Part shown: in pieces, positions 36,163-46,797 of the stretch | Layout of the letters: every line of letters begins with the position of its first letter | Numbering within the stretch: the first letter of the stretch is position 1 | Source of the DNA: Candidatus Nealsonbacteria bacterium | GTDB lineage: Bacteria > Patescibacteriota > Minisyncoccia > Minisyncoccales > PWPS01 | Assembly (NCBI GenBank): GCA_003551845.1 | Contig: PUNQ01000054.1 | Location: 1-55,046 of the forward strand | Direction of reading: 5' to 3' | DNA length: 55,046 nucleotides | The notes under the pieces: model-generated | Told to the model about the DNA's origin: nothing | Database searches by the model: none | The model's input: only the letters and a program-made list of their open reading frames with translations | Made by a program: the position numbers and the translations under genes

Positions 36163-36577
36163 AAAAAATCAAAAAGGATCCGTTCTCTATTTTGCAGTTC
36201 TACTTTTGGGGATACTTTTTACTTCCGGAGCGGTTTTGACGGTTATTCTGATTCAAAGGATAAGAATGATAAATGAGATGAGTTATTCCATAGGCGCTTT
36301 TTATGCCGCTGATTCGGGCATAGAGAAGATTCTTTACAGATGGGGAGATATGCCGGAAGAAGAAGGTGACGAAGTTTTGAATTGGGATAATCCGGAAGAC
36401 CTGATTTTTACGGGGCCGGGAGAAAATCAACACTACGAATTGAGGAGGGAAATACGTGAGGAAAATGGCATCGATATGTTGATAATTACTTCAGTGGGAG
36501 AATTCAAGCCGGGAGAAGAATGGGAAGAAGGAGTAAGAAGAGGAATTCAAATAAGTAGACCGATTGAGAACAATTAA
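36155..36577 (+). CDS. Minor pilin (PilX-like)
   Basis: QKG|SVLYF lacking Glu5; AFYAADSGIE motif. Confidence 0.8.
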   Translation: MIKKNQKGSVLYFAVLLLGILFTSGAVLTVILIQRIRMINEMSYSIGAFYAADSGIEKILYRWGDMPEEEGDEVLNWDNPEDLIFTGPGENQHYELRREIREENGIDMLIITSVGEFKPGEEWEEGVRRGIQISRPIENN

Positions 36578-36578
36578 A

Positions 36579-38639
36579 ATGAAAAGAGAAGAGGCTCAAA
36601 AAAGAATAGAAAAACTGAAGAAAGTTATAAAGAAGCACAGATACCTGTATCACGTTCTCGATAAGCAGGAGATTTCCGAAGAGGCACTCGACTCCTTGAA
36701 AAAGGAGCTTTTTGACTTGGAGAATAGATTTCCGGAATTTGTTACTCCCGATTCTCCGACTCAGAGAGTCGGCGGAAAACCACTTGACGAATTCGATAAA
36801 CATCGCCATTTCAGCCCGATGCTCTCTTTTCAAGACGCCTTCACCGAAGAGGATATGACAGATTGGAAAAAAAGAATGGAAAGGCACTCCGGAAAAAGCC
36901 CGAAAGAATTTTTTTGTGAATACAAAATCGACGGGCTCGCTTTGGAGTTGGTATATGAAAAATCAATTTTAAAAACCGCTTCGACCAGGGGTGACGGTCT
37001 GGTGGGTGAAGATGTAACTGAAAATGTAAAGACGATAGAAGCGATCCCCTTAAGACTGAGAAGTCCTCGATTTTTTTCCGACGAGGAAAAGTCTTTTTCA
37101 GAAGATTCCGGATGGCTTGATGAAGGTAAGAGCTTGATAGTGCGGGGAGAAATTTTCATAAGTAAAAAAGAGTTTGAAAAGATAAATAAAAAAAGAAAAA
37201 AGAAAGGAGAAAAGGCGTATGCAAATCCACGCAATTTGGCTGCCGGATCGATAAGACAGCTCGATCCGAAAATTGTTTCTTCTCGTAATCTGGATTTTTT
37301 CGCTTACGATTTGGTTGCCGATCTGAATACGGAAGAAACGATAAATCCGTTCGGAGCAAAAACGCATGCGAAAAAACATAAATTGGTAAGAAGCCTGGGA
37401 TTTAAAACCACGAAAGAAAAAGTTTGCAACGGATTGGATGAGGTTTTTCTTTTCAGGGAAGAAGCGGAGGAAGAAAGAGAAAAACTGAATTACGAAATTG
37501 ACGGGATAGCCGTCTTTGTCAATGATAATCAATTTTTTGAAGATCTGGGAGTAACGGGTAAAGCTCCGAGAGGAGGGATCGCTTATAAGTTCCCATTGAA
37601 AAAAGCGGTTACCGAGGTTAAAGATATAAAGGTGCAAGTGGGAAGAACGGGAAGTGTTACTCCGGTAGCGATTTTAAAACCGGTCGAAGTTGGTGGAGTG
37701 ACGATAACCCGGGCATCACTTCACAATGAAGATGAATTGAAAAAAAAGGATGTTAAAATCGGAGACAGCGTAGTGGTCGGACGAGCCGGTGACGTGATTC
37801 CCTACGTCATACGCGTGCTGAAAGAGATGAGGGACGGCAATGAAAAAGATTTCATCTTTCCCGAAAAATGCCCCGTTTGCGGTAGCCGGCTCGTAAAAAG
37901 AGATGAGGAGGTGGTTAAGAGATGTCCTTCCGATGACTGTGTCGCTAAAAAAAGAGAACAGCTGAAGCATTTTGTCTCCAAATCGGCTTTCGACATAGAA
38001 GGTTTGGGCGATAGGGTGATCGCTCTTTTAATGGAAGAGGGAATAGTTTCCGATCCGGAAGACATATTCGAGATCAAGAAGGGGGATCTGATTCCGTTGG
38101 AGGGATTCGGCGAAAAATCGGCGAATAACTTGATTAGCTCGATAGAGAAAAGCAAAGAGATATCACTTTCCCGATTCATATATTCATTGGGAATAAGGCA
38201 GGTGGGAGAAAGAACCGCTGTAGATTTGGCCCGAGAGTTCAAGAGTTTGGAAAATATAAAAAATGCTGAACGAGAAGAGTTGTTGAGAGTAAAGGACATA
38301 GGACCGGTAGCGGCTGAAGAAATCGAGGATTGGTTTGTAAGTGAGAAAAATCTGAATACCGTAAATAACCTGAGAAAAGCCGGGGTTCGTATTAAAAATG
38401 AGTATTCAAAGAAGGATCATTTGAGCGACAAAACATTTGTTTTTACTGGGAGAATGGACTCTTTCAGTCGTCGAAAAGCCAAAGAGAAAGTATTGTCTTC
38501 CGGTGGAAACGTGGCTAATTCGATTACCGAAAAAACGGACTATCTCGTTGTGGGTGAAAATCCCGGCTCAAAATTGGAGGCGGCTCGGAAGCGAGGGATT
38601 GAAACTATCAATGAGGAAGAGTTCATAAATCTGTTATGA
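36579..38639 (+). CDS. ligA: NAD-dependent DNA ligase
   Basis: SPTQRVGG, KIDG, NPRNLAAGS, Zn finger CPVC, HhH repeats, BRCT. Confidence 0.97.
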   Translation: MKREEAQKRIEKLKKVIKKHRYLYHVLDKQEISEEALDSLKKELFDLENRFPEFVTPDSPTQRVGGKPLDEFDKHRHFSPMLSFQDAFTEEDMTDWKKRMERHSGKSPKEFFCEYKIDGLALELVYEKSILKTASTRGDGLVGEDVTENVKTIEAIPLRLRSPRFFSDEEKSFSEDSGWLDEGKSLIVRGEIFISKKEFEKINKKRKKKGEKAYANPRNLAAGSIRQLDPKIVSSRNLDFFAYDLVADLNTEETINPFGAKTHAKKHKLVRSLGFKTTKEKVCNGLDEVFLFREEAEEEREKLNYEIDGIAVFVNDNQFFEDLGVTGKAPRGGIAYKFPLKKAVTEVKDIKVQVGRTGSVTPVAILKPVEVGGVTITRASLHNEDELKKKDVKIGDSVVVGRAGDVIPYVIRVLKEMRDGNEKDFIFPEKCPVCGSRLVKRDEEVVKRCPSDDCVAKKREQLKHFVSKSAFDIEGLGDRVIALLMEEGIVSDPEDIFEIKKGDLIPLEGFGEKSANNLISSIEKSKEISLSRFIYSLGIRQVGERTAVDLAREFKSLENIKNAEREELLRVKDIGPVAAEEIEDWFVSEKNLNTVNNLRKAGVRIKNEYSKKDHLSDKTFVFTGRMDSFSRRKAKEKVLSSGGNVANSITEKTDYLVVGENPGSKLEAARKRGIETINEEEFINLL

Positions 38640-39718
38640 AAATTATTAAAAGATTTTTCGAATTGGATTTTATATTGCTGGGAGCGGTCGGCTTCATAAT
38701 AGCCGTCGGACTTATTTCCATATATAGTTCAACCGGTCCGGAAGTGATGACCAGGCAAGCTTTTTTTGTGGGTCTCGGTCTCCTTGTCTATTTCGTGATT
38801 TCTTTTTTCGACTGGAAAGTATTGGAGGAAAATTCTTTCGTCGTTTTGGGAATTTATCTTTTGTCAATAGCTCTTTTATTGGCACTGCTTCAATTCGGTC
38901 CGGAAATAAGAAATGTAAGACGCTGGTTCAGACTGGGACCGATCATGATTTCTCCGGCTGAGTTTTCCAAATTGGCACTCATAATAATTTTGGCCAAATA
39001 TTTTTCGATGCGTCATGTCGAGCTTTATAAGATAAGGCACATTCTTCTTTCCGGAATATATGCGATTATTCCGACTTATCTGGTTTTCAGGCAGCCGGAT
39101 ATGGGAACGGCCCTGATTTTCATCGTTTTGTGGGTTGGAATTCTTCTTATTTCCGGAATAAGGCTCAAGCATTTTTTGGCGCTTTGCTTTATCGGTTTGA
39201 CTTCTCTGGGCCTTGTATGGGGCTTTCTGATGCAGGATTACCAAAAAGAGAGAGTGATGAGCTTTATAGACCCCCAACTGGATCCTCAGGGGATAGGTTG
39301 GGGAGGAAGACACGCCAGGATAGCGATAGGAAACGGTGGTTTTTTCGGAACCGGAATAGGGCAAGGAACCCAGACTCAGTACGGATTTCTTCCGGAGCCT
39401 CATACCGATTTCATATTCGCTTCAATAGCCGAAGAGATGGGCTTTATAGTAGTTACTTTACTCTTCATAGCTATGGCGATAGCGGTCTGGAGAATGTTCA
39501 TCGTCATTTTCAGCACGGAATCCAACTTCCCTCGGCTTTTCATATCCGGTTTTTTGATAATCATAATGTTTCAAAGCTTTGTCAATATAGGGATGAATTT
39601 GGGTCTTTTACCGATAATGGGAACCCCGCTTCCTTTTGTCAGTTACGGAGGAAGTTCCATGCTGCTTTCTTTTACCGGACTTGGAATTTTGGAAAGTATG
39701 CGCTATAATGATACTTAG
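38636..39718 (+). CDS. rodA: SEDS family protein (RodA/FtsW)
   Basis: RRW, PAEFSK, QPDMG, LPEPHTDFIF, LPFVSYGGSS. Confidence 0.85.
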   Translation: MKIIKRFFELDFILLGAVGFIIAVGLISIYSSTGPEVMTRQAFFVGLGLLVYFVISFFDWKVLEENSFVVLGIYLLSIALLLALLQFGPEIRNVRRWFRLGPIMISPAEFSKLALIIILAKYFSMRHVELYKIRHILLSGIYAIIPTYLVFRQPDMGTALIFIVLWVGILLISGIRLKHFLALCFIGLTSLGLVWGFLMQDYQKERVMSFIDPQLDPQGIGWGGRHARIAIGNGGFFGTGIGQGTQTQYGFLPEPHTDFIFASIAEEMGFIVVTLLFIAMAIAVWRMFIVIFSTESNFPRLFISGFLIIIMFQSFVNIGMNLGLLPIMGTPLPFVSYGGSSMLLSFTGLGILESMRYNDT

Positions 39719-39730
39719 TTTCTCTGATAC

Positions 39731-39759
39731 TTGACAAAGCTTTTTGAAAAAAGTAGAAT
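39731..39759 (+). promoter_or_regulatory. Sigma70 promoter of rpoBC
   Basis: TTGACA-17 bp-TAGAAT. Confidence 0.75.
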
Positions 39760-39920
39760 AAGGAACATTGAAGAGTTTTTATATTAAATAAGCGTCAAAT
39801 AACATTCGCTTACGCTTTCTGTTCAAGCTTTTTTATTAATAAATAAAAATATATATCACCCTAAAATTCAATTAGGGTTTGTTTACTTTGTTAAATTCGA
39901 TTAAGAATACTCAAAAAACC

Positions 39921-42900
39921 ATGCCCAAAGTCAAAAAATTCGGTCGTCGGAAAAAAACACTCGATTTCCCCTATCTTTTCAGCTTACAAGAAGAAAGTTG
40001 GGATATTTTTTGGGAAGAAAAATTGGAAAATCTTTTCAAGGAGGCTTCTCCGATTAAGGATTATTCCGGGAAAGAGTGGGAGATCTATTTTCTGGATTAC
40101 AAGTTGGAAGAATCCAAATACGAAAGTGCGAGAGAAGCCAAAGAGAATAATGATTCCTATACCGCCCCCCTGAAAGTGGATGTCAAGCTGGTCAACTTGG
40201 AAACGGAAGAAAGCAAAAATCAAGAAATATTTCTATGCGATTTTCCGCTTATGAGCGAAAGGGGAACCTTTATAGTTAACGGAGTGGAGAGAGTTGCCGT
40301 TTCTCAATTGATAAGATCTCCCGGAGCATTTTTCAATTCTGAAGACAAGAAAGGAAACAAATGTTTCGGTGCCAAAATAATTCCCAATCGTGGGACCTGG
40401 CTCGAATTCGTTTCCGAGCCGGACGGCTTTATCGGTGTAAAGATAGACAGAAGAAGAAAAGTTCCGGCAACGACTCTTTTGAAGGCTTTGGGAGTTGATG
40501 ATAAAAAGATGGAAAAGAGCTCGCTGGACAAAGATATCGTCAACATTCTTTCGGCGGGTATCGATGGAGACGACCATATTAAAAAGACTCTGGAACGTGA
40601 TCCGGCAAAAAACAGGAAAGAGGCGGTGATGGAAATTTACAGAAGAATGAGACCCGGTGAAGCGGTTACACCCGAACCGGCTAAAGAACTCGTAGAAAAT
40701 ACCTTTTTCAATTTTGACAGATATGATCTTTCCGAAGTCGGAAGGTGGAGAATGTGGCAACGGCTTCCCGTTCTGAAGCCCGAAAAAGATAGAGAAATCA
40801 CGCTTGATGACAGAGTTTTAACTACGGAAGACGTAGTGGAGGTGGTCAAAGAGATAATAAGGCTCAATAATGATCCGGAAGCGGAAGAGGACAAAATAGA
40901 TCACCTCGGAAACAGAAGAGTCAGGCCTTTCACCGAGCTTTTGGAAAACAGGTTACGCGTATCTTTGATGAGAATAGATAGGAATGTAAAGGATAAAATC
41001 TCAACTGCGGAAGATGATGACCTCGAACCGTCCAAGCTTATCAATGCCAGACCCTTCGCTTCCGCGGTACAGAAATTTTTTGCATCTTCGGCCATATCCC
41101 AATTTATGGATCAGGAAAACGTTCTTGCCGAAACCGAACACAAAAGAAGACTAACGGCCACCGGGCCGGGCGGCCTTACGAGAGAGAGAGCCGGATTCGA
41201 AGCCAGAGATGTTCAGGCTTCTCACTACGGCAGAATTTGCCCGATCCAGACTCCGGAGGGAGCCAACGTGGGCTTGGTTAATCATTTTTCTCTCTTTTCT
41301 CGGGTCAACAAGTACGGTTTTTTGGAAACTCCTTATTATAAGGTAAAAAATGGAAAAATAACTTCCGAAGTGGAATTTCTGGATGCTCATGAGGAAGAAA
41401 AATACAAGATTGCTCACGGAGGAACCGAAATTGAAAACGGAAAGATAAAAGATAAAAAAGTGGAGGCCAGAATCAAGGGAGAGCCGGGCATGGCTGATCG
41501 GGAAGAGATAGATTATATAGACGTATCGGCAGAACAACTGGTTTCAGTAGCCGCTTCGGCTATACCGTTTTTACAAAATGATGATGCCAACAGGGCGCTT
41601 ATGGGTGCCAACATGCAAAGACAGGCCGTTCCCCTCTTAAAGCCGAACCCTCCCTTGGTCGGGACGGGGATAGAAACCAAGGTGGCCGAAGATTCGGGTC
41701 ATATAATTTTGGCGGAAAAAGAAGGAACGGTAAAGGAAGTTGACGGAAAAAAGATAGTGGTAAAATATGCAGACGGGAAAAAGAAGACATACCAATTGGA
41801 AACTTTTTCGGAGACGAATAACTATACTTGCTTTCACCAAAAACCGATAGTTGAAAAAGGTCAGAAGATTTCCGAAGGAGAGGCTTTGACCGACGGAGGA
41901 TCAATAGCCGACGGGCGACTCTCTCTGGGTCAAAACGCCTTAGTGGCTTTTTTGCCCTGGAGAGGATATAACTATGAAGATGCGATAGTCGTTTCCGAAA
42001 GATTGGTCAAAGACGATACCTACACCTCCATCCATATAGAGAATTTCACTTGTGATGTCAGAGAAACCAAGTTGGGTCCGGAAGTTACTACCAACGATAT
42101 TCCGAATGTGGCGGAAGAAAAACTTAAAGATTTGGACGAAGAGGGAGTAATCAGAATCGGAGCGGAAGTTGATCCCGGCGATATCCTGGTCGGAAAAATA
42201 TCACCGAAAGGAAAAGCCGAACTGACTCCGGAAGAGAGACTTTTGAAAGCTATCTTCGGTGAAAAGGCGAAAGACGTAAAAGACGCTTCTTTGAGACTGA
42301 AACACGGTAAAAAAGGAAGAGTTATCGGAGTAAAAATATTTTCACGAGAAAAGGGAGATAAATTGGATACGGGGGTAATAAAAAGAGTGGAAGTCAAGGT
42401 TGCTCAAATGAGAAAAATAAAGACCGGTGATAAGCTATCCGGAAGACACGGAAACAAGGGGGTTATCTCCACCGTGCTGCCGGAAGAAGAGATGCCCTTT
42501 TTGGAAGACGGTACTCCCGTTGACGTGGTTTTGAATCCGTTGTCGATAATCTCCAGAATGAATATCGGACAAGTTATGGAAACCCATCTGGGACTTGCCG
42601 CCGACAAATTGGGCTATTTGGCCGAAACCCCTTCTTTATCGGGAGCCAAGAATGAAGAAATCAAGGAAGAATTAAAAAAAGCCGGCTATCCGGAAGACGG
42701 AAAGCTGAAAGTGTATGACGGACGAACCGGAAAACTTTTTCCGGGAAGGGTAACGGTCGGTTACATGTATCTTTTGAAGTTGATTCATATGATAGAAGAC
42801 AAGATTCACATGAGAGCGATAGGACCTTATTCGCTTATTACCCAACAGCCCCTGGGAGGAAAAGCTCAATTCGGTGGACAGAGGTTCGGAGAGATGGAAG

Positions 42901-43109
42901 TCTGGGCTCTACAAGGATACGGGGCGGCACACACCCTCCAAGAAATGCTTACGATTAAATCGGATGATGTTCCGGGAAGAGCGGCCGCTTATGAGGCGAT
43001 ATTGAAAGGTGAAGAGATAAGTAAGCCCAATTTACCGGCTTCATTTCAGCTTCTGCTTTCGGAAATGAAGGCGATCGGATTGAATGTGGAAATAAAAGAA
43101 GACGAATAA
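39921..43109 (+). CDS. rpoB: RNA polymerase beta subunit
   Basis: NGVERVAVSQLIRSPG, TPEG, GDKLSGRHGNKG, GGQRFGEME; the ATG at 39921 is preferred. Confidence 0.98.
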   Translation: MPKVKKFGRRKKTLDFPYLFSLQEESWDIFWEEKLENLFKEASPIKDYSGKEWEIYFLDYKLEESKYESAREAKENNDSYTAPLKVDVKLVNLETEESKNQEIFLCDFPLMSERGTFIVNGVERVAVSQLIRSPGAFFNSEDKKGNKCFGAKIIPNRGTWLEFVSEPDGFIGVKIDRRRKVPATTLLKALGVDDKKMEKSSLDKDIVNILSAGIDGDDHIKKTLERDPAKNRKEAVMEIYRRMRPGEAVTPEPAKELVENTFFNFDRYDLSEVGRWRMWQRLPVLKPEKDREITLDDRVLTTEDVVEVVKEIIRLNNDPEAEEDKIDHLGNRRVRPFTELLENRLRVSLMRIDRNVKDKISTAEDDDLEPSKLINARPFASAVQKFFASSAISQFMDQENVLAETEHKRRLTATGPGGLTRERAGFEARDVQASHYGRICPIQTPEGANVGLVNHFSLFSRVNKYGFLETPYYKVKNGKITSEVEFLDAHEEEKYKIAHGGTEIENGKIKDKKVEARIKGEPGMADREEIDYIDVSAEQLVSVAASAIPFLQNDDANRALMGANMQRQAVPLLKPNPPLVGTGIETKVAEDSGHIILAEKEGTVKEVDGKKIVVKYADGKKKTYQLETFSETNNYTCFHQKPIVEKGQKISEGEALTDGGSIADGRLSLGQNALVAFLPWRGYNYEDAIVVSERLVKDDTYTSIHIENFTCDVRETKLGPEVTTNDIPNVAEEKLKDLDEEGVIRIGAEVDPGDILVGKISPKGKAELTPEERLLKAIFGEKAKDVKDASLRLKHGKKGRVIGVKIFSREKGDKLDTGVIKRVEVKVAQMRKIKTGDKLSGRHGNKGVISTVLPEEEMPFLEDGTPVDVVLNPLSIISRMNIGQVMETHLGLAADKLGYLAETPSLSGAKNEEIKEELKKAGYPEDGKLKVYDGRTGKLFPGRVTVGYMYLLKLIHMIEDKIHMRAIGPYSLITQQPLGGKAQFGGQRFGEMEVWALQGYGAAHTLQEMLTIKSDDVPGRAAAYEAILKGEEISKPNLPASFQLLLSEMKAIGLNVEIKEDE

Positions 43110-43184
43110 AAATTCATCAACCCGAAATCAACCCTAATTTTCAATCGCGAAAATTGTAAATTATAAAATTGAAAATCCATCATT

Positions 43185-46100
43185 ATGCGAGTAGAAGATG
43201 TAAACGCAATCAAAATCAGACTCGCTTCTCCTCAAAATGTCAAGGATTGGTCTTATGGAGAAGTTACCGAAGCGGAAACGATAAATTACAGAAATCAAAA
43301 GCCGGAAAAAAACGGCCTATTTTGTGAACGGATATTCGGCCCGGAAAAAGATTACCAATGTTATTGTGGTAAATATAAAAAGATAAGGTACAAGGGAATA
43401 GTTTGTGATCGATGCGGAGTGGAAGTTACCAAGTCGGCAGTAAGAAGATCGAGGATGGGACACATTGAATTGGCCAGTCCGGTTTCCCATATTTGGTACT
43501 TGAGAGGAATCCCTTCCAAGATGGGATTGGTGATGGGGATTTCCAAAAAGAAACTTGAGAAAGTCGTTTATTTTACCGGATACATTATAACCGAAGTCGA
43601 TGAAGAAGGAAAAAAAGAAGTTCTTGAGAAGCTGAAAAATGAATTTAAAAAGAAAAAAAAGAAAAGAAAAGAGAATTTGGACGGAGAGGAGCTGGAACAA
43701 TCACTCGAAAAGCTACGTAAAGCGAGAGACAAGACCAAAGAAGAGATAAAGTCGATAAAGAAAAAGAAGATTTTAACCGAAGTTGAATATCACCGCTTCA
43801 AGAGAAAATACGGTGATATCTTCAAGGCCGGAACCGGAGCGGAGACCTTAAGAGAGATCTTTGAACAAATAGACTTAAAAAAGAGAATAGAATTACTCAC
43901 GAAAAAGAAAGAAGAAACCAACTCCAAATCAAAAAGAAAGAAATATTTAAAAAGACTCAAGGTTTTTCGAGCGATGGAGAAGGCCGATCTGAGACCGGAG
44001 TGGATGTTTCCGGTCGTTTTACCGGTTCTTCCTCCCGATTTGAGGCCGATTATTCAATTAGACGGTGGAAGGTATGCTTCCTCGGATTTGAATGATTTGT
44101 ACAGAAGAGTGATAAATAGGAATAACAGGTTGAAAAATCTACTTGATATAAACGCTCCCGAAGTTATTGTCAGAAATGAAAAAAGGATGCTTCAAGAGGC
44201 GGTTGATGCTTTGATTGATAATCAGATGAGAAAAGGGGTGGTTACGCAAGCTTCGACCGGAGGACAAAGACTACTCAAATCTTTAGCCGACATGCTCAAG
44301 GGAAAGCAGGGAAGGTTCAGACAAAATCTTTTGGGAAAAAGAGTTGACTATTCCGGAAGATCGGTAATCGTTGTCGGTCCCGAACTAAAATTGAATCAGT
44401 GCGGGCTTCCCAAGAGAATGGCTCTGGAAATATTCAAGCCGTTCATAATTCAAAAAATATTGGATAGAGATTTGGCTTATAACGTCAAGGGAGCTTCCCG
44501 GATGATAGATGAAAAAGATGATGAGGTGTGGGGAATATTGGAAGAGGTGGTGAAAGGAAAAGCGGTGCTTTTGAACAGAGCACCGACTCTGCACAGGCTG
44601 GGAATACAAGCTTTTGAACCCGTTCTTACGGAGGGTGAGGCGATCAGGATTCATCCTTTGGTATGTGAAGCCTTTAATGCCGATTTTGACGGTGATCAGA
44701 TGGCGGTTCATCTTCCCCTTTCCAAAAAAGCACAAAAAGAAGCTAAAGAATTGATGCTTTCTTCCGAGAACCTTCTTAAACCGGCAACGGGAAGGCCGAT
44801 AGTTTCTCCTTCACAGGATATGGTTTTGGGATGCTATTGGATGACGCAGATTCCGGAAGGCGAAAAAGGAGAAGGAAGAATTTTTTCTTCTCCCCAGGAA
44901 GCCAAGCTCGCTCACGATTATGAAGAGGTGGGAATAAGGGCGAAGATAAAAGTAAGAATAGACGGAGAAATCGTGGAGACTTCCGTGGGAAGAATAATAT
45001 TCAATGAAGCTTTACCCGAGGAAATTCCCTATAAAAATGAAGTCATGGGAGCGGGGAATATTAAAGGAGTCGTAGCTCAAATAATAAAAAATTATGAGCC
45101 GAAAGAAGCTCACTTGATGCTTGATGAAATTAAGAATCTGGGATTTAAATACTCGACACTTTCCGGAATTTCATGGGGAATGGATGACCTGGTAATTCCG
45201 AAGGAGAAGAAAAAAGTTATTGAAGAGGCCGAGAAAAAAGCCGAAGAAGTGGAAGATTACTATGATCAGGGGCTTTTCTCCGCTGACGAGAGAACCGAAA
45301 AGGTGATTGAAGTATGGACCAAAGCCAAAGACAAAATAGAAGACTTGATACCCGAAACTCTTTCCGAATACGGTTCGGTTTTAACCATTACCGAATCGGG
45401 ATCGAGAGGATCGTGGTCTCAACCGATTCAAATGGCGGGAATGAAGGGTTTGGTGGTTAATCCTTCCGGAGAAATTATAGAGCTGCCGGTTAAAAGCTCT
45501 TTCAAAGAAGGGTTCGATGTTTTGGAATACTTCATTTCTACTCACGGTGCTCGTAAAGGAACCGTGGATACGGCCTTGAGAACAGCGAGTGCCGGATACT
45601 TGACGAGAAGACTGGTTGATGTTTCGCATGAAGTTGTCGTAACCGAAGAAGACTGTGGAGAGGATGAAGGAATAGTTTTGAAAAAGGAAGATGCCGACCG
45701 GCTCGATCAGGATTTTTATTTTAAGATTTCGGGAAGAGGTTCTTTACAAGATATAAAGGCGGAAGGAAAAGTGATTGTCAGTAAGGGTGAAATCATAGAT
45801 TTGGATGCTACGGAAAAGATAAAAAAGAGCAATTTGGATCAAGTCAGGGTTCGTTCGGTGATGACGTGTAATACGATAGACGGTGTTTGCAAAAAATGTT
45901 ACGGATGGGAAATGGGACACAATAAAATGGTTAATTTGGGAGAGGCGGTAGGTATAGTCGCTGCTCAAGCAATAGGAGAGCCGGGAACTCAACTTACCAT
46001 GAGAACATTTCACACCGGTGGAGTAGCCGGAGGAACCGACATAACCTTGGGACTCCCCAGAGTCCAGGAGATATTCGAAGTGAGAAACCCAAAAGGGAAG

Positions 46101-46754
46101 GCGGAAATGTCGGAAGTTTCGGGGAAAGTGGTGGAAGTCAATGAAGAGGATAGAATAGTGAAGATAAGAGTTGATGAAAAAAAGACGAAAAAGGAAGAAA
46201 TAAAGAGCTATAAAATAGCTCCGAACAGGGCAATTTGGGTTGAAAAAGGAGAAAAAGTGGAGCCGGGAACTCAGCTTTGTGAAGGTAACTTGGATTTAAA
46301 AAAGTATTTTAAAGCCAAGGGACTGAAAGAAACCAAAAGACATATCTTGAATGAAGCTCAAAAAGTATATGTTTCACAAGGAGTTGATATTCACGACAAG
46401 CACCTGGAAGTTATTGTCAGGCAAATGACTTCTCGAATGAGAGTAACCGACCCCGGTGACAGCTTTTTAACCCCCAATCAAATAATTGAAAAAGATATCT
46501 TCAGAAAGAAGAGGGATGAGCTGGAGGAAAAAGGAAAAACTCCCCCCAAGGCAAAACCGGTTTTGCTCGGAATTTCAAAAGTCGCTCTCAACACGGACTC
46601 ATTTCTTTCGGCTGCCTCTTTTCAGCAAACTTCAAAGGTTTTGATAGAGGCTTCTTTGGAAGGAAAAGTGGATCCCTTGAAAGGGCTGAAAGAGAATGTG
46701 ATCATAGGAAAATTAATACCCGCCGGAACAGGATTCGGACAAAAAGAGGAGTAG
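43185..46754 (+). CDS. rpoC: RNA polymerase beta' subunit
   Basis: NADFDGDQM catalytic motif, N-terminal Zn finger, GEPGTQLTMRTFH. Confidence 0.98.
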   Translation: MRVEDVNAIKIRLASPQNVKDWSYGEVTEAETINYRNQKPEKNGLFCERIFGPEKDYQCYCGKYKKIRYKGIVCDRCGVEVTKSAVRRSRMGHIELASPVSHIWYLRGIPSKMGLVMGISKKKLEKVVYFTGYIITEVDEEGKKEVLEKLKNEFKKKKKKRKENLDGEELEQSLEKLRKARDKTKEEIKSIKKKKILTEVEYHRFKRKYGDIFKAGTGAETLREIFEQIDLKKRIELLTKKKEETNSKSKRKKYLKRLKVFRAMEKADLRPEWMFPVVLPVLPPDLRPIIQLDGGRYASSDLNDLYRRVINRNNRLKNLLDINAPEVIVRNEKRMLQEAVDALIDNQMRKGVVTQASTGGQRLLKSLADMLKGKQGRFRQNLLGKRVDYSGRSVIVVGPELKLNQCGLPKRMALEIFKPFIIQKILDRDLAYNVKGASRMIDEKDDEVWGILEEVVKGKAVLLNRAPTLHRLGIQAFEPVLTEGEAIRIHPLVCEAFNADFDGDQMAVHLPLSKKAQKEAKELMLSSENLLKPATGRPIVSPSQDMVLGCYWMTQIPEGEKGEGRIFSSPQEAKLAHDYEEVGIRAKIKVRIDGEIVETSVGRIIFNEALPEEIPYKNEVMGAGNIKGVVAQIIKNYEPKEAHLMLDEIKNLGFKYSTLSGISWGMDDLVIPKEKKKVIEEAEKKAEEVEDYYDQGLFSADERTEKVIEVWTKAKDKIEDLIPETLSEYGSVLTITESGSRGSWSQPIQMAGMKGLVVNPSGEIIELPVKSSFKEGFDVLEYFISTHGARKGTVDTALRTASAGYLTRRLVDVSHEVVVTEEDCGEDEGIVLKKEDADRLDQDFYFKISGRGSLQDIKAEGKVIVSKGEIIDLDATEKIKKSNLDQVRVRSVMTCNTIDGVCKKCYGWEMGHNKMVNLGEAVGIVAAQAIGEPGTQLTMRTFHTGGVAGGTDITLGLPRVQEIFEVRNPKGKAEMSEVSGKVVEVNEEDRIVKIRVDEKKTKKEEIKSYKIAPNRAIWVEKGEKVEPGTQLCEGNLDLKKYFKAKGLKETKRHILNEAQKVYVSQGVDIHDKHLEVIVRQMTSRMRVTDPGDSFLTPNQIIEKDIFRKKRDELEEKGKTPPKAKPVLLGISKVALNTDSFLSAASFQQTSKVLIEASLEGKVDPLKGLKENVIIGKLIPAGTGFGQKEE

Positions 46755-46797
46755 CTTTATTTTAATCTAACTGCTTTTTTGCTACAATTAAATAAGT

